Positions 36,127 to 45,825 of a DNA stretch of 64,000 nt are shown here, one piece after another. Under the pieces are notes generated by a model. That model was not told where the DNA came from. It saw only the letters and a program-made list of their open reading frames with translations, and made no database searches. Position 1 is the stretch's first letter. Each line of letters opens with the position of its first letter. The position numbers and the translations under genes were made by a program. Origin of the DNA: a bacterium (GTDB taxonomy: Bacteria > Patescibacteriota > Saccharimonadia > Saccharimonadales > SZUA-47); contig JAUIBF010000002.1 in NCBI GenBank assembly GCA_030428125.1, forward strand, positions 15,910 through 79,909. The letters run 5' to 3'.

Positions 36127-37173
36127 ATGTTGCAGACACTGGAGCTGACTAACTTTAGATCTTACGGTAGTGGTCTTTTCGGTTTTGAACCGGGAGTGAA
36201 TATTATAGTTGGCGCGAATGCCAGTGGTAAAACTAACCTGCTTGAGGCGATTCACACTATATGCACATTGCACGGTTTTAAGGCCGCCGACAAAGATTTA
36301 ATCAGTCTAGACAGCGAGTGGTCTCGTTTAGAAGCGCTAACTGACGACGGAACACGAATCTCGAAATTACGAGCTGACGCGCAAAACTCTATGGAGATCG
36401 ACGGTGTGGTTAAAAAGCGTCTTACCCCTCAAAGCAGCTTGCCGGTTGTAGTTTTTGAACCCGAACATATGCTGCTTTTGTCTAGTGAGCCAGAACGTCG
36501 GCGAAACTACTTGGACGGAATATTGTCGTTGACAAAGCCAGGATATAAAGCCACATTGACCGCCTATAAAAGGTCGGTATCACAAAGGAACCGGTTACTT
36601 AAAAATGAAAACTTTAACCAATCACAACTGTTTGTATGGGACTTGCAGTTATCCGAAAAAGCCGGGCAAATTGTGAGAGCCCGACTAGAACTTTTGGAAA
36701 CTTTAAATAAAATCGCTTCAAAACACTATAAAAAACTCAGTAATTCCAAAGAAGAATTAGAGCTATCTTACAAAAGCAAACTCGAAACCGAAAACTACTC
36801 CGACAAATTACTTACATACCTAAAGCAAAACATCGACACAGACCGCATGAGAGGCTTTACGACAGCTGGTGCGCACCGAGATGACATAGATATCATTTTA
36901 AAAAATAAAGACGCCAAAACGCTGGCGTCCCGCGGAGAAACTAGAACTATAATTTTGTCACTAAAAATAGCCGAGCTAGAGCTGCTCCACGAGCAAACCG
37001 GAAAAGCACCGATACTTTTACTCGACGACGTCTTCAGCGAACTAGACGGTAGTCGTAGACGCGCGCTTGCTGAAGCTTTGAAAGAATACCAAACTTTCCT
37101 AACTACCACCGACGCCGATGTTGCAGTAGACCACTTCTCTGCCTACAATATAATCCCCGTTGAGAAAAACTAG
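36127..37173 (+). CDS. recF: DNA replication/repair protein RecF
   Basis: 348 aa. L..L.L.NFRSY, Walker A GANASGKTNLLEAI, signature-like SRGETRTIILSLKIAE, and Walker B LLLDDVFSELD. Confidence 0.95.
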   Translation: MLQTLELTNFRSYGSGLFGFEPGVNIIVGANASGKTNLLEAIHTICTLHGFKAADKDLISLDSEWSRLEALTDDGTRISKLRADAQNSMEIDGVVKKRLTPQSSLPVVVFEPEHMLLLSSEPERRRNYLDGILSLTKPGYKATLTAYKRSVSQRNRLLKNENFNQSQLFVWDLQLSEKAGQIVRARLELLETLNKIASKHYKKLSNSKEELELSYKSKLETENYSDKLLTYLKQNIDTDRMRGFTTAGAHRDDIDIILKNKDAKTLASRGETRTIILSLKIAELELLHEQTGKAPILLLDDVFSELDGSRRRALAEALKEYQTFLTTTDADVAVDHFSAYNIIPVEKN

Positions 37174-37841
37174 AGACCAAACTCTTGGTTTTTGTCTCCC
37201 ACTCCGTATCTAATAACAGTTTCATCCTCAAACGTTTCGCTCAAGCCTTTCTTCATAAATTCAATGGCTTCATTGTAGTTGTCTGAATTATTGAAAACAT
37301 TTACGGTGAAGATATCTTGATCCTCTAGATACTCAATTACATAACCTTCAGTCTCGATAGGGGTAGACCCAATAAACGAATTTCTTTGATTGTTTGCATT
37401 TAGAAATTCATCGATGTTCAGGTCCGTTTTTAAATCTGTAATTGATATATTAATCCTATCGCTTTTTAATTGTTTGACAACTACTTCAATGGAGTTGTTG
37501 TTGGCTCCGAAATTGCCACTGAATTTTATATCTTCAGACGTATCTACATCACTCACAGCAAAACCAATAACAGGGAATGCTTCGTGTGAATATTTTTCAT
37601 ATGCTGATTTTGCAAAGACATAAAGCTCTTCACTTATTCTGTCGTATGCCTCAAAGCCACCGACTTCTCTAAAAATTTCCTCCCCATCCTTGATGCTGAC
37701 CTGATTTTTTTCTAGGCTCGATCCTTCGTATATAACATCGATGGGCTCTTCGCTTCTGGTGAAAACAAATACCCCCAAAGTAAAAGTCAGTAAAGCTATC
37801 AAAATCACTACTACTATGAAATTTCTATATTTTTCTGTCAT
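37170..37841 (-). CDS. hypothetical N-terminally anchored protein (last gene of T4SS-like operon; immunity/VirB8-like role possible)
   Basis: 223 aa. The single TM segment (FIVVVILIALLTFTLGVFVF) is followed by an acidic globular domain. Its start overlaps the stop of the upstream hydrolase by 4 nt. Its stop overlaps the recF stop convergently. Confidence 0.6.
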   Translation of the reverse strand: MTEKYRNFIVVVILIALLTFTLGVFVFTRSEEPIDVIYEGSSLEKNQVSIKDGEEIFREVGGFEAYDRISEELYVFAKSAYEKYSHEAFPVIGFAVSDVDTSEDIKFSGNFGANNNSIEVVVKQLKSDRINISITDLKTDLNIDEFLNANNQRNSFIGSTPIETEGYVIEYLEDQDIFTVNVFNNSDNYNEAIEFMKKGLSETFEDETVIRYGVGDKNQEFGL

Positions 37842-39925
37842 TGTGGCAGCCCTTCATAAATTGCGCTTAAGAAAGGAATGAATTCCGGATCTCGACATTC
37901 GTCCCTTCCACCTGTTTGTGGAATGCCATCAATCACACACCCCCGGTCAATATGAAGGTGGGATGTCCCTGACGTTCCGTTACAGGTGTGCGACGAAGTC
38001 CACTCCGCGACTTCTCCCAGTACGTCGCCAGAGCTTACGCTTTGGCCTTCCGAAACCACTAAATTGTTCAGGTGGCCGTACCAATAGTAGTAGGTGTCAA
38101 TAGATCTGAACTGAATGCTATAGCACCAGTTTTCTTCCTGGATACCAATGCTTTCCACCACTCCGTCACTTATTGCATACACTTTTTCACCTCCTGCATT
38201 CCCATTAGGTCCAATTAGGTCAAACGCTGGTGTGTTGTCACCACTGTGCATAGTTTCGGTTTGGCCGACTATTATTCCACCAATAGACCTGTTTTGAGGC
38301 TCCATCGGGAATGAATAGCCGTCGGTATTTACGTTTCCACCACCCTGTTCAGGGTTTGTGCAATTTGCGTTAGAAGGTACCGTACCTCCACCTGACGGTC
38401 CATAAACTAGTGCCGGAGCTTCCCCTTCAGGACTTCCGTCAAGTATCTTTCCTGCGTACGCCGGATAATCATTTCTAACACTATTTAAGGTATCTCGCTT
38501 AATGCTTACAAAAAGCTCTCTGTCTCCTATTCCCCCACCGTAGTCAAAGCCAGTTATCGATAGGGCTGCATAAACTAAGTCGCCAGGGTAAATGTCCTCC
38601 AGTCTGTTAACCACATCCGAATAGTTACTTGAACCGTATGGTATTGCCACAAAGTCTCCCGCAACAGCTTCAATTAGCGCTTCCTGTGGGAAATTAGGGT
38701 CCAGTAAAGCGCTACCGATTCTTTTCTGGTAACCATTAAACAGGCCCCTGGTTATGGCTTCTACGCCATCATCAAAAGTAGTGTATCCTTGGCTGTTTGA
38801 GTCCGTGCTTGCGTTACCTTGATTCCCGCTTTCAATATCAGAGTATTGAGATTTTGTGTTTAAGGGGTTAAACGTACCGTTGTGTCCGTCCACAGCTCCA
38901 CCTTCAGCCTTAGCCCAAGCAATCATAGAGACCACCTTATTTTCCGTAACTAATTGACTTTCAGGTACGCCAGCTTTGCGAGCAATATTTTTCAGGACAT
39001 GAATCGCCCAGAGTTCGACAGTATAAGGACCAGGCTCTCCACTGACGTATTTTTCAGAACCGTCCCCCCAAACACCCTCACCCCAAGTTATGCCAGTATT
39101 GATGGATGGGCCGGTATTTCCCCCGGCAGAACATGAGCATAGTCCGTCGTCGTTAGGGTGTACCTGACTGGTTACTTGTGTTTCCTTGACACCCTTGGCA
39201 ATCGTTTCAGCGAACTGTTGGCTCCCTGCGACAGTTGGGTGAATCCCGTCAGCCGCTAATTCTATCTCGGCGCTTGTAGTGTCTATGACGTTGTAGTTGT
39301 ATGTCGAAGACTGTTCCGTGATAGCGGCATTTCTAAGTTCGGGGCCTGTTCCGTCAGTGTAGAACAGGTTTACCCAATAGATATGACCAGTGAATCCCCC
39401 TCCGTCTCTAATAGCCAGTATAAGATTCGGGATTTCCTTGCTCAAATCTTCGATTCCACTATTTGTTCCTAGGGCTACAACTACAGCATCAGACTCTCTT
39501 ATTATCGGTAAATCTTCATTAACTGCCTCAAGTCCTGTCGGATCATCTCCGGCCGTGTCTTTTGTGATTGCTCTGCCGGGGTCTGCGTTGATTGAAGAAA
39601 TCTCGTATCCTTCCGTTTCAAACGCTGAACTTACTGAGTCTCTAGACTGGTTTGTGATGGAGTCTCCTAGAATATACACAGACGATCCTTGGGGTAAAAT
39701 CCCCGAAGTTGGGGTGTTGGAGTTAGGTCTGCAAACATTATCGCCGGTACAATTTACAACTATAACTCCGAGACCCCTCAATCTCTCCTCGTCACACTCG
39801 CCAGTAAGCGAAACCACTTTCGGAGTCGAAACAAAGGCCAGAGAAAAAGTCAGCGACACAACTATTGACATAAATATGCTTAAATAACTAGTCGGTGTTA
39901 AATTTCTAATCATCTGCATTTTCAT
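37838..39925 (-). CDS. secreted multidomain cell-wall hydrolase: SGNH/GDSL esterase + central domain + M23 metallopeptidase
   Basis: Signal/anchor sequence. VYILGDSITNQSRD is GDSL block I, with DGIHP later (block V-like). At the C-terminus, YWYGHLNNLVVSEGQSVSSGDVLGEV...SHLHID is the M23 HxxxD/HxH pattern. The track start at 39928 is a TTG; the ATG is at 39925. Confidence 0.82.
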   Translation of the reverse strand: MKMQMIRNLTPTSYLSIFMSIVVSLTFSLAFVSTPKVVSLTGECDEERLRGLGVIVVNCTGDNVCRPNSNTPTSGILPQGSSVYILGDSITNQSRDSVSSAFETEGYEISSINADPGRAITKDTAGDDPTGLEAVNEDLPIIRESDAVVVALGTNSGIEDLSKEIPNLILAIRDGGGFTGHIYWVNLFYTDGTGPELRNAAITEQSSTYNYNVIDTTSAEIELAADGIHPTVAGSQQFAETIAKGVKETQVTSQVHPNDDGLCSCSAGGNTGPSINTGITWGEGVWGDGSEKYVSGEPGPYTVELWAIHVLKNIARKAGVPESQLVTENKVVSMIAWAKAEGGAVDGHNGTFNPLNTKSQYSDIESGNQGNASTDSNSQGYTTFDDGVEAITRGLFNGYQKRIGSALLDPNFPQEALIEAVAGDFVAIPYGSSNYSDVVNRLEDIYPGDLVYAALSITGFDYGGGIGDRELFVSIKRDTLNSVRNDYPAYAGKILDGSPEGEAPALVYGPSGGGTVPSNANCTNPEQGGGNVNTDGYSFPMEPQNRSIGGIIVGQTETMHSGDNTPAFDLIGPNGNAGGEKVYAISDGVVESIGIQEENWCYSIQFRSIDTYYYWYGHLNNLVVSEGQSVSSGDVLGEVAEWTSSHTCNGTSGTSHLHIDRGCVIDGIPQTGGRDECRDPEFIPFLSAIYEGLPQ

Positions 39926-40490
39926 CAAGATACCTTTTTAGTTCTTCCGGAGAATCGACAAGTACAGGGTTGCCTGCGCTAACTCTTTCTCCACATTCAA
40001 CGATTGTCCAGCCTAACATTTCCGGTGAGTAATTTAATATACAAGTCTCATCATGTAAACTTCTGCTGCCCTGATCGATAAATATAACAATCCAGTCGTT
40101 GGCACTACCAAAATCCCTGCTTTTTATAAGATTTGAAGGAGACACGCTTTTGCCTAGCGTATTTAGCAGGGACTCTACATCTACAGGAACGGTAGTGTAG
40201 GATCTCTGAATAGTTTCTTGCGCGTCTAAACTAACAGTTTCTTCAATACTTTCTATTTTTGGTCCTGATATTTTAATTTTTAATTCACTACTAGGACTAG
40301 TGCTCGTACTATAATATTTGCCACCTTCACCTGCAGGAAACACTCGTTGGTCGTTTATAGTTACCACATTAGAAACGGGGTCGTTGTTGTCTATAGTTAT
40401 TTCGACAGTTCCCTTATTGAAGGCGCTAAAGACCACAAAGCCTAGCAAACCTAGTGCTAGTACGACGAATAATGCAACAATTTTTTTCAT
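39906..40490 (-). CDS. hypothetical N-terminally anchored protein (T4SS-like operon)
   Basis: About 194 aa. The TM segment IVALFVVLALGLLGFVVFSAF is followed by a globular domain. Its ATG overlaps the stop of the upstream 1128-aa gene (TGATG). The track start at 40493 is a TTG. Confidence 0.6.
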   Translation of the reverse strand: MKKIVALFVVLALGLLGFVVFSAFNKGTVEITIDNNDPVSNVVTINDQRVFPAGEGGKYYSTSTSPSSELKIKISGPKIESIEETVSLDAQETIQRSYTTVPVDVESLLNTLGKSVSPSNLIKSRDFGSANDWIVIFIDQGSRSLHDETCILNYSPEMLGWTIVECGERVSAGNPVLVDSPEELKRYLDENADD

Positions 40491-43400
40491 CAATTTATAA
40501 CCCCATCATCTAACAGCTGCTTAACTACGTTGGCATGTGCTTTCATATAGCTGGCTGACTCGCTATTTGTTAATTCAACTAGGAGAGCTCTTGATCCAGT
40601 GGCGTTTGCGTACCATCCCTCCATAAACCCTTGCCCCTGGTTGTTGTACAACATTCTCCAGGTGTTGGAACTGCCGTTGCACGAACCACTCTCTTGAGGT
40701 GCAAGATTAGCATATGCTTGAGCTATTGGTCGTGATTCGTTCGTGTTAGGTCCTGATGGCGCCACCCAGTTTATGCAGTCATGATAACTAATAAACAAAC
40801 TAGTCTGACCAACCGAGGTTAAGAAATTCTGAACATTTTGCGTTTCAGGTTCGCTGGCAGCACTAGGGCCGTAATAGTTTCCGTCAGAAGGATTTGAGGT
40901 GCCCTTTTCGCTCCATCGATAATCAAAGTTTCGATTCAAATTTACTCCATTTGAATTCGTACGACTACTAGATGCTATACCGGACTTATTGACCTCAGGA
41001 ATTGCAACTATCCGTACATCGTCTGGCAAGTCAGCATTATATAGAAGCTCAAAGGTAATTCGCTGCCCACCGTTTTCTGAACCGTGGATAGATGAGCCTA
41101 TCACTACTGTGCGGATATCTGACTGTCCAGCACATGCATCTCTTACGTATACTCCCTGATCGTTACCTGCGCTGTCTTGTCCGATGATTCCAGAAGGAGG
41201 GATGCTATCCCAATTAATTGCATTTTGTCCTGGTCCGAAGAAGTCAGATTCGTTTTTTGGCTCCCCCTGACATGGGATAATTGGCCCCGTTAGGTCTCCT
41301 AGCCCCACGCCCGAACCACCAGAACCACCGGAACCTCCAGGGTTTTCTGGGTTGACATCGCTTATCTCTTCAGGGAAAAGGTAGGCATCGATAAAGTCGT
41401 TCGAGTCTAAGTATGCTAAATGAATTTTAAACTCTCTTGCTCGTTGTGTTTTCCCGGTGCAGTCTAGAGTCGGGTCTGTATTGCTATCATCGTTTTCTAG
41501 TGGTGATATCGTGTCCGCAGAGTATACACAATTTTCAACGTGTTTTTCGAAATCAGATCCCGATACGATTTCGTATGGTTCATTGGGAGACACTTGACCA
41601 TCTGCAATTAACTTATCTCTATTAGCGATTTCATCCGCTTCGGTAAGCCAGCTAGGCATAAATGTTCTAAGGTTGCCCGAAGGGTCAGTTGCATACTCTG
41701 TGCCATTTATCTCCAGTGTATCGAACTCTGCTAGGTCGTCGTCTTGAGCGCTAGCACTGGCCGTTAACGTATCGGAAACCGAACCGAAAACAGAAAGAGG
41801 AGTCAGTGCTAGTGTAGAAGAGACCTGACGGACGGCTCCCACTGGATCTTGTGTTCCGAAGGCAAGAGTTGCCATTGACTGATGTGCTAGAGAATCGTAA
41901 TTATCCATAGCGAATATTCTTTCCGTGAATGATTTATTCCGAAGCTCTTCTTTCTTTTCGGCTAGATGAACGGCGTTTGCTTGAGCAAACTGAGCAGCTG
42001 TCGCCGGTACTTGTCCCCCCATCAAGGCTCTTTGCTTGTGCATTACCCCAGCTCCTGCAAATAAAACTGCGGCTAGCATAGCCCCCTCTTCTTGTCCGGT
42101 TAATCCAATAGATAATTTTTCTTGTGCGTATAGCTGTGCTAACTGCAATATCTGTTCGAAACTAATGTCTATAACTACACCCGCAGCTATACCTACAAGA
42201 GCTCTTTTTGTTACCATGGAGCGAATAGTAGCCTTAAATGCTTCGGTAAGAGCGACTTTTCCCAAAGTCGAACCGGCAGTTAACGCAGCCCCACCACTGC
42301 CAAATGTAAATATACTAATAACTACAGTTCCAATTGCAGCTGCCCCTTGGAAAAATGGATTTTGCCACACGGCACAGCCACTTATCCAGCTGACCTTATC
42401 CTTGATCAAGCCCATTAGTCCGGTTAACTTTCCGTCCACTGCGGTTCTATCACGTGTGAGCAGGTTCTTGCTAGTGCTGAATTTTCCAGTGGTTGCAAAC
42501 TGGTAATTTGTAGAATTTGCAAAATTGCCCATTACAGCGTCCGAAGTAGTTACCCTGGCAAGCAGAGCCCCGACTAAATCTGCAGAGGCCTCACCTTTTC
42601 GCTGCCCATCGTCGGCGCTGATGAATGCAAAGCTCGCCCTCATTAGCTGGATAGAGGTAAACGCTCTTGCAATAGTGACCGCCATGCTTAGCTTATTTTT
42701 TACGGCACAAATTTTATCTGCCGGGTCAGCTACGTTTAGGAGTCCTTTTACAAAACCAAATCCTTGCGTTAAAGCATTGGCGCCTTCAAGTGTACTTAAA
42801 GCGTTTGGAGCATAACCTGTTTTTATTTCATCAGTATGCTTAGCTAGACCTGGGGCATCAGCTTTGTCACCACCTTCAGCGAAGTGTTCCCTGCCTTCTG
42901 CAAACAACTCATCTCCTTCCTCGAGTCCTTGTTCTTGGACTTCTCTGCCTGCTTTTGTTGCATCATCAACGTTATCTGCGTCTTCACCGTCAGGGGCTCT
43001 CGTTCTAGTGTCTAGTTCGTCTTCACCTTGTGTGGCGTTAAACATTCTCTTATTAGTTTCTACTTCAGCATCTTCGGCATCACCCGGTAGTCTTTTTACG
43101 ATTGACTGCCTAGATACAACGCCGTAGCGCTTGTAAAAAGCTTCCATTCTGGCAGACTTCCATCTTGCCGATCTGGTCGGTTGACCAAAAATACTCCATC
43201 TTCTGTCCAGGAATTCAGATATCTCGTCGTCGACTGCTCCTACAGAAGTTGGCGCATATGTTCCGTCTGGTCTTCTTATAGCATCAATCTTGTTGGGCTC
43301 TTCGGGGTTAAATACAAAGTTATAACCTCTGGCTTCCATTTCCTTAATGACCTGACTGCCACGTCTTCCATCTATGCTAAATCGGTCCGTGAATTTTGCG

Positions 43401-43873
43401 AATTTCGACCTCCTGTAGCGTGCCTGATGACTGGCCTCCAGAGACCCCATTTTATCGGTCATTAGGGTCGACAAGTGAGTCATTATAAACGATGGTCCTG
43501 AAAGGAAAATACCAATAAACCCTAGGGTTACTCCTACTCCACCGACTCCTAAGCCCAACTTTTTTCTGTTAGCAATAACCCTTTGCTTTATAGATTTCCG
43601 TTCACCGTCCCCTGTGTAGTTTAAATCTTTGTGAGAATCGTTGCTATCTCTACCGATAGATTGTTCATTCCTCGATGTGGAGGTGTCCTGCCCGTCGTTC
43701 GTCGAAGCATTAGCTTCCTTAGCGGCAACGGCGTTTTTTGGGTCGTTTGCATATGCCTCGAGCTGATCGATGCCTGCATCTACAGATTCGTCAGTTGGCA
43801 TAGCTCTATTAGCAGGGTTTAATTCATCATCCTGCTTGTCTTCCGGTCTGGTGTCTAGATCACTACGCGCCAT
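40490..43873 (-). CDS. large membrane protein with C-terminal M14-type zinc peptidase domain (T4SS-associated)
   Basis: About 1127 aa. The disordered acidic N-terminus is followed by a TM segment (LGLGVGGVGVTLGFIGIFLSG) and several further hydrophobic segments around residues 500-640. After a GGSGGSGGSG linker, the C-terminal domain carries SSIHGSENGG (HxxE zinc site) and GVNLNRNF, both typical of M14 carboxypeptidases and gamma-D-Glu-DAP peptidases. Confidence 0.8.
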   Translation of the reverse strand: MARSDLDTRPEDKQDDELNPANRAMPTDESVDAGIDQLEAYANDPKNAVAAKEANASTNDGQDTSTSRNEQSIGRDSNDSHKDLNYTGDGERKSIKQRVIANRKKLGLGVGGVGVTLGFIGIFLSGPSFIMTHLSTLMTDKMGSLEASHQARYRRSKFAKFTDRFSIDGRRGSQVIKEMEARGYNFVFNPEEPNKIDAIRRPDGTYAPTSVGAVDDEISEFLDRRWSIFGQPTRSARWKSARMEAFYKRYGVVSRQSIVKRLPGDAEDAEVETNKRMFNATQGEDELDTRTRAPDGEDADNVDDATKAGREVQEQGLEEGDELFAEGREHFAEGGDKADAPGLAKHTDEIKTGYAPNALSTLEGANALTQGFGFVKGLLNVADPADKICAVKNKLSMAVTIARAFTSIQLMRASFAFISADDGQRKGEASADLVGALLARVTTSDAVMGNFANSTNYQFATTGKFSTSKNLLTRDRTAVDGKLTGLMGLIKDKVSWISGCAVWQNPFFQGAAAIGTVVISIFTFGSGGAALTAGSTLGKVALTEAFKATIRSMVTKRALVGIAAGVVIDISFEQILQLAQLYAQEKLSIGLTGQEEGAMLAAVLFAGAGVMHKQRALMGGQVPATAAQFAQANAVHLAEKKEELRNKSFTERIFAMDNYDSLAHQSMATLAFGTQDPVGAVRQVSSTLALTPLSVFGSVSDTLTASASAQDDDLAEFDTLEINGTEYATDPSGNLRTFMPSWLTEADEIANRDKLIADGQVSPNEPYEIVSGSDFEKHVENCVYSADTISPLENDDSNTDPTLDCTGKTQRAREFKIHLAYLDSNDFIDAYLFPEEISDVNPENPGGSGGSGGSGVGLGDLTGPIIPCQGEPKNESDFFGPGQNAINWDSIPPSGIIGQDSAGNDQGVYVRDACAGQSDIRTVVIGSSIHGSENGGQRITFELLYNADLPDDVRIVAIPEVNKSGIASSSRTNSNGVNLNRNFDYRWSEKGTSNPSDGNYYGPSAASEPETQNVQNFLTSVGQTSLFISYHDCINWVAPSGPNTNESRPIAQAYANLAPQESGSCNGSSNTWRMLYNNQGQGFMEGWYANATGSRALLVELTNSESASYMKAHANVVKQLLDDGVIN

Positions 43874-43893
43874 CAAGGATCTCTCGTTTTTAT

Positions 43894-45807
43894 TTATTGA
43901 ATTTGTACAGTATCATTATACCCTGTTTGATTTAAATCCACTTGTGCTTGTTGACCCTGTTGCTCCATGCGTTTTACCTCTTCTGGATTGGTTGTGATTA
44001 GGCTGGTTTCAGTTGGGCTGGCAACAACCTGGATGTGAACATGGTTAGAGCCGGCAAAGAACAAACCTTGTCCCACAGGGAATTGACTAAGTCTCTTCTT
44101 CTCTTCGCTAGTCAGCTTGAAGGTATTGGCTAGCACATCAACTGCCGAAGACGATTGCTTCAGCAGAATTTGCATACTTGCATTTGCAACGATTGCTCGT
44201 CCCATACGTGAACCCATAAAATCTTCTACGTCTTGAGTTATAGTGGTTATTCCAAGGTTATACTTACGTGCTCGCTTGGCTAGTGAGAACAAGAAATTTG
44301 CACTGTCTTCGTATTTCATAAGTTGCCAAGCTTCATCAACAACCAAAATTCGTTTTTTCTTATCACTTTTAGTTTTATTCCAAATAAAGTTCAAAACAAT
44401 GTACATTGCGACTGGTCTTAGTTCATCTTCGAGATCTCGGATGTTAAAAACAACCAGTGGATTATTGATGTCTATGTTGCTTTGCTGTGAAAATATCCCA
44501 GCGAAGGTCCCAGTAGTGTACTTGCGCAATCTTTGAGCAAGCTGAGGACCGGTACCCCCCATATGAAGCAAAGTGTCATAAAGGTCATTTATAGTCGGCG
44601 CTGGAGATCTATGAGTCAGTGGATCATTGGTTATGCCTGCTTTGGCGTAGGTTTCAATCAGTGCAGCGTCTAGGTCGGACTCTTCGACCGGACTTAAAGC
44701 TGGAGCAATCATTTGATTCCCAGAATTAGCCATTTGTGCTTGTGCGCCACCCATCATAAGCCTGAGCAGGCCATGCAAAGTTATCAGGTTACTACGCAAG
44801 GCATTATCGGCTTCCTCGTCATCAGTTACTTGTGGTAGGTCAAATGGATTAATTCTAGTGGAGCTGTTTAGGCTCAAGCGAACATATGCTCCACCTACGG
44901 CGTCGGCCATGCGCTGGTATTCGTTTTCAGGGTCAATGATAAATACTTCAGTGCCAAACATCATACTTCTCAGGGCCTCTAACTTGACGGTGAAGCTCTT
45001 ACCAGCACCGGACTTTGCAAACACTACACTGTTGCCATTTTCTAGCGAAAATCTGTCGAATATAACCAGACCGGAGTTGTGCATATTTATCCCATACAAA
45101 ATTCCATTGTCTTGCGTTAAGTCGGCACTGGTGAATGGGAAGCTGGTGCTTATAGCACCGGTATTCATATTCCTTCTAATCTGTAGTTGATCGGTAAATT
45201 GTGGGATTGTAGAGTTTAGGCCCTGCTCCTGTTGGGCGCTTGCCGGTTTACTGTAAACAAGCTGTTGGCCCAAAACACTCTCTACCTTATGGGATACAAA
45301 TTCCATTTCTTCGTCAGAACTAGCGTAAATTGTAAAGTACAGGCCGAATCGGAAAAATCTCTCCTCTCCAACCTGTAGTTTGTCTCTTAGCTCCTCGGCA
45401 TCTTGGATAGCTGATTGTTTGCCTGGATCTCTAACTTTTCCTTTTTCGGCGTCGATTTGTATACCCGCTTCAAGCTGACCTACTTTTTTTCGAAGATTTT
45501 CTAGCACTACTTGACTCTCGACTGGGTAAATAAATATCGATAAATCCAGAACCTCGTCCAAGTTAATCATACTGGAGAGCCATCCTGTAAATATCTGTCT
45601 AGGGTAACCATAGACATAGTAGGTTCTACCTAATCTTGTGCCGATTTTGAACTGTGCGCTTTCAAATTCTAGAGAAGCAGGAGCTATGAAATCGCGAAGA
45701 GCTGTAATGCCCTTTTGAAAAGCTGCTTGTACTTCTTGTTGTTCGCGCTGTGCTTGAGCTTGAGCGGCTGCAACTGGGTCTTCTTTTTGTTTCTTTCCTA
45801 ATGCCAT
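43894..45807 (-). CDS. virB4: VirB4/TrbE/PrgJ-family type IV secretion ATPase
   Basis: 637 aa. Walker A VVFAKSGAGKSF and Walker B RILVVDEAW. Upstream, FKIGTRLGRTYYVYGYPRQIFTGWLSSM matches the conserved VirB4 middle region. ITTITQDVEDF is sensor-like. Confidence 0.92.
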   Translation of the reverse strand: MALGKKQKEDPVAAAQAQAQREQQEVQAAFQKGITALRDFIAPASLEFESAQFKIGTRLGRTYYVYGYPRQIFTGWLSSMINLDEVLDLSIFIYPVESQVVLENLRKKVGQLEAGIQIDAEKGKVRDPGKQSAIQDAEELRDKLQVGEERFFRFGLYFTIYASSDEEMEFVSHKVESVLGQQLVYSKPASAQQEQGLNSTIPQFTDQLQIRRNMNTGAISTSFPFTSADLTQDNGILYGINMHNSGLVIFDRFSLENGNSVVFAKSGAGKSFTVKLEALRSMMFGTEVFIIDPENEYQRMADAVGGAYVRLSLNSSTRINPFDLPQVTDDEEADNALRSNLITLHGLLRLMMGGAQAQMANSGNQMIAPALSPVEESDLDAALIETYAKAGITNDPLTHRSPAPTINDLYDTLLHMGGTGPQLAQRLRKYTTGTFAGIFSQQSNIDINNPLVVFNIRDLEDELRPVAMYIVLNFIWNKTKSDKKKRILVVDEAWQLMKYEDSANFLFSLAKRARKYNLGITTITQDVEDFMGSRMGRAIVANASMQILLKQSSSAVDVLANTFKLTSEEKKRLSQFPVGQGLFFAGSNHVHIQVVASPTETSLITTNPEEVKRMEQQGQQAQVDLNQTGYNDTVQIQ

Positions 45808-45825
45808 TATTTGTAAACCCTCATC

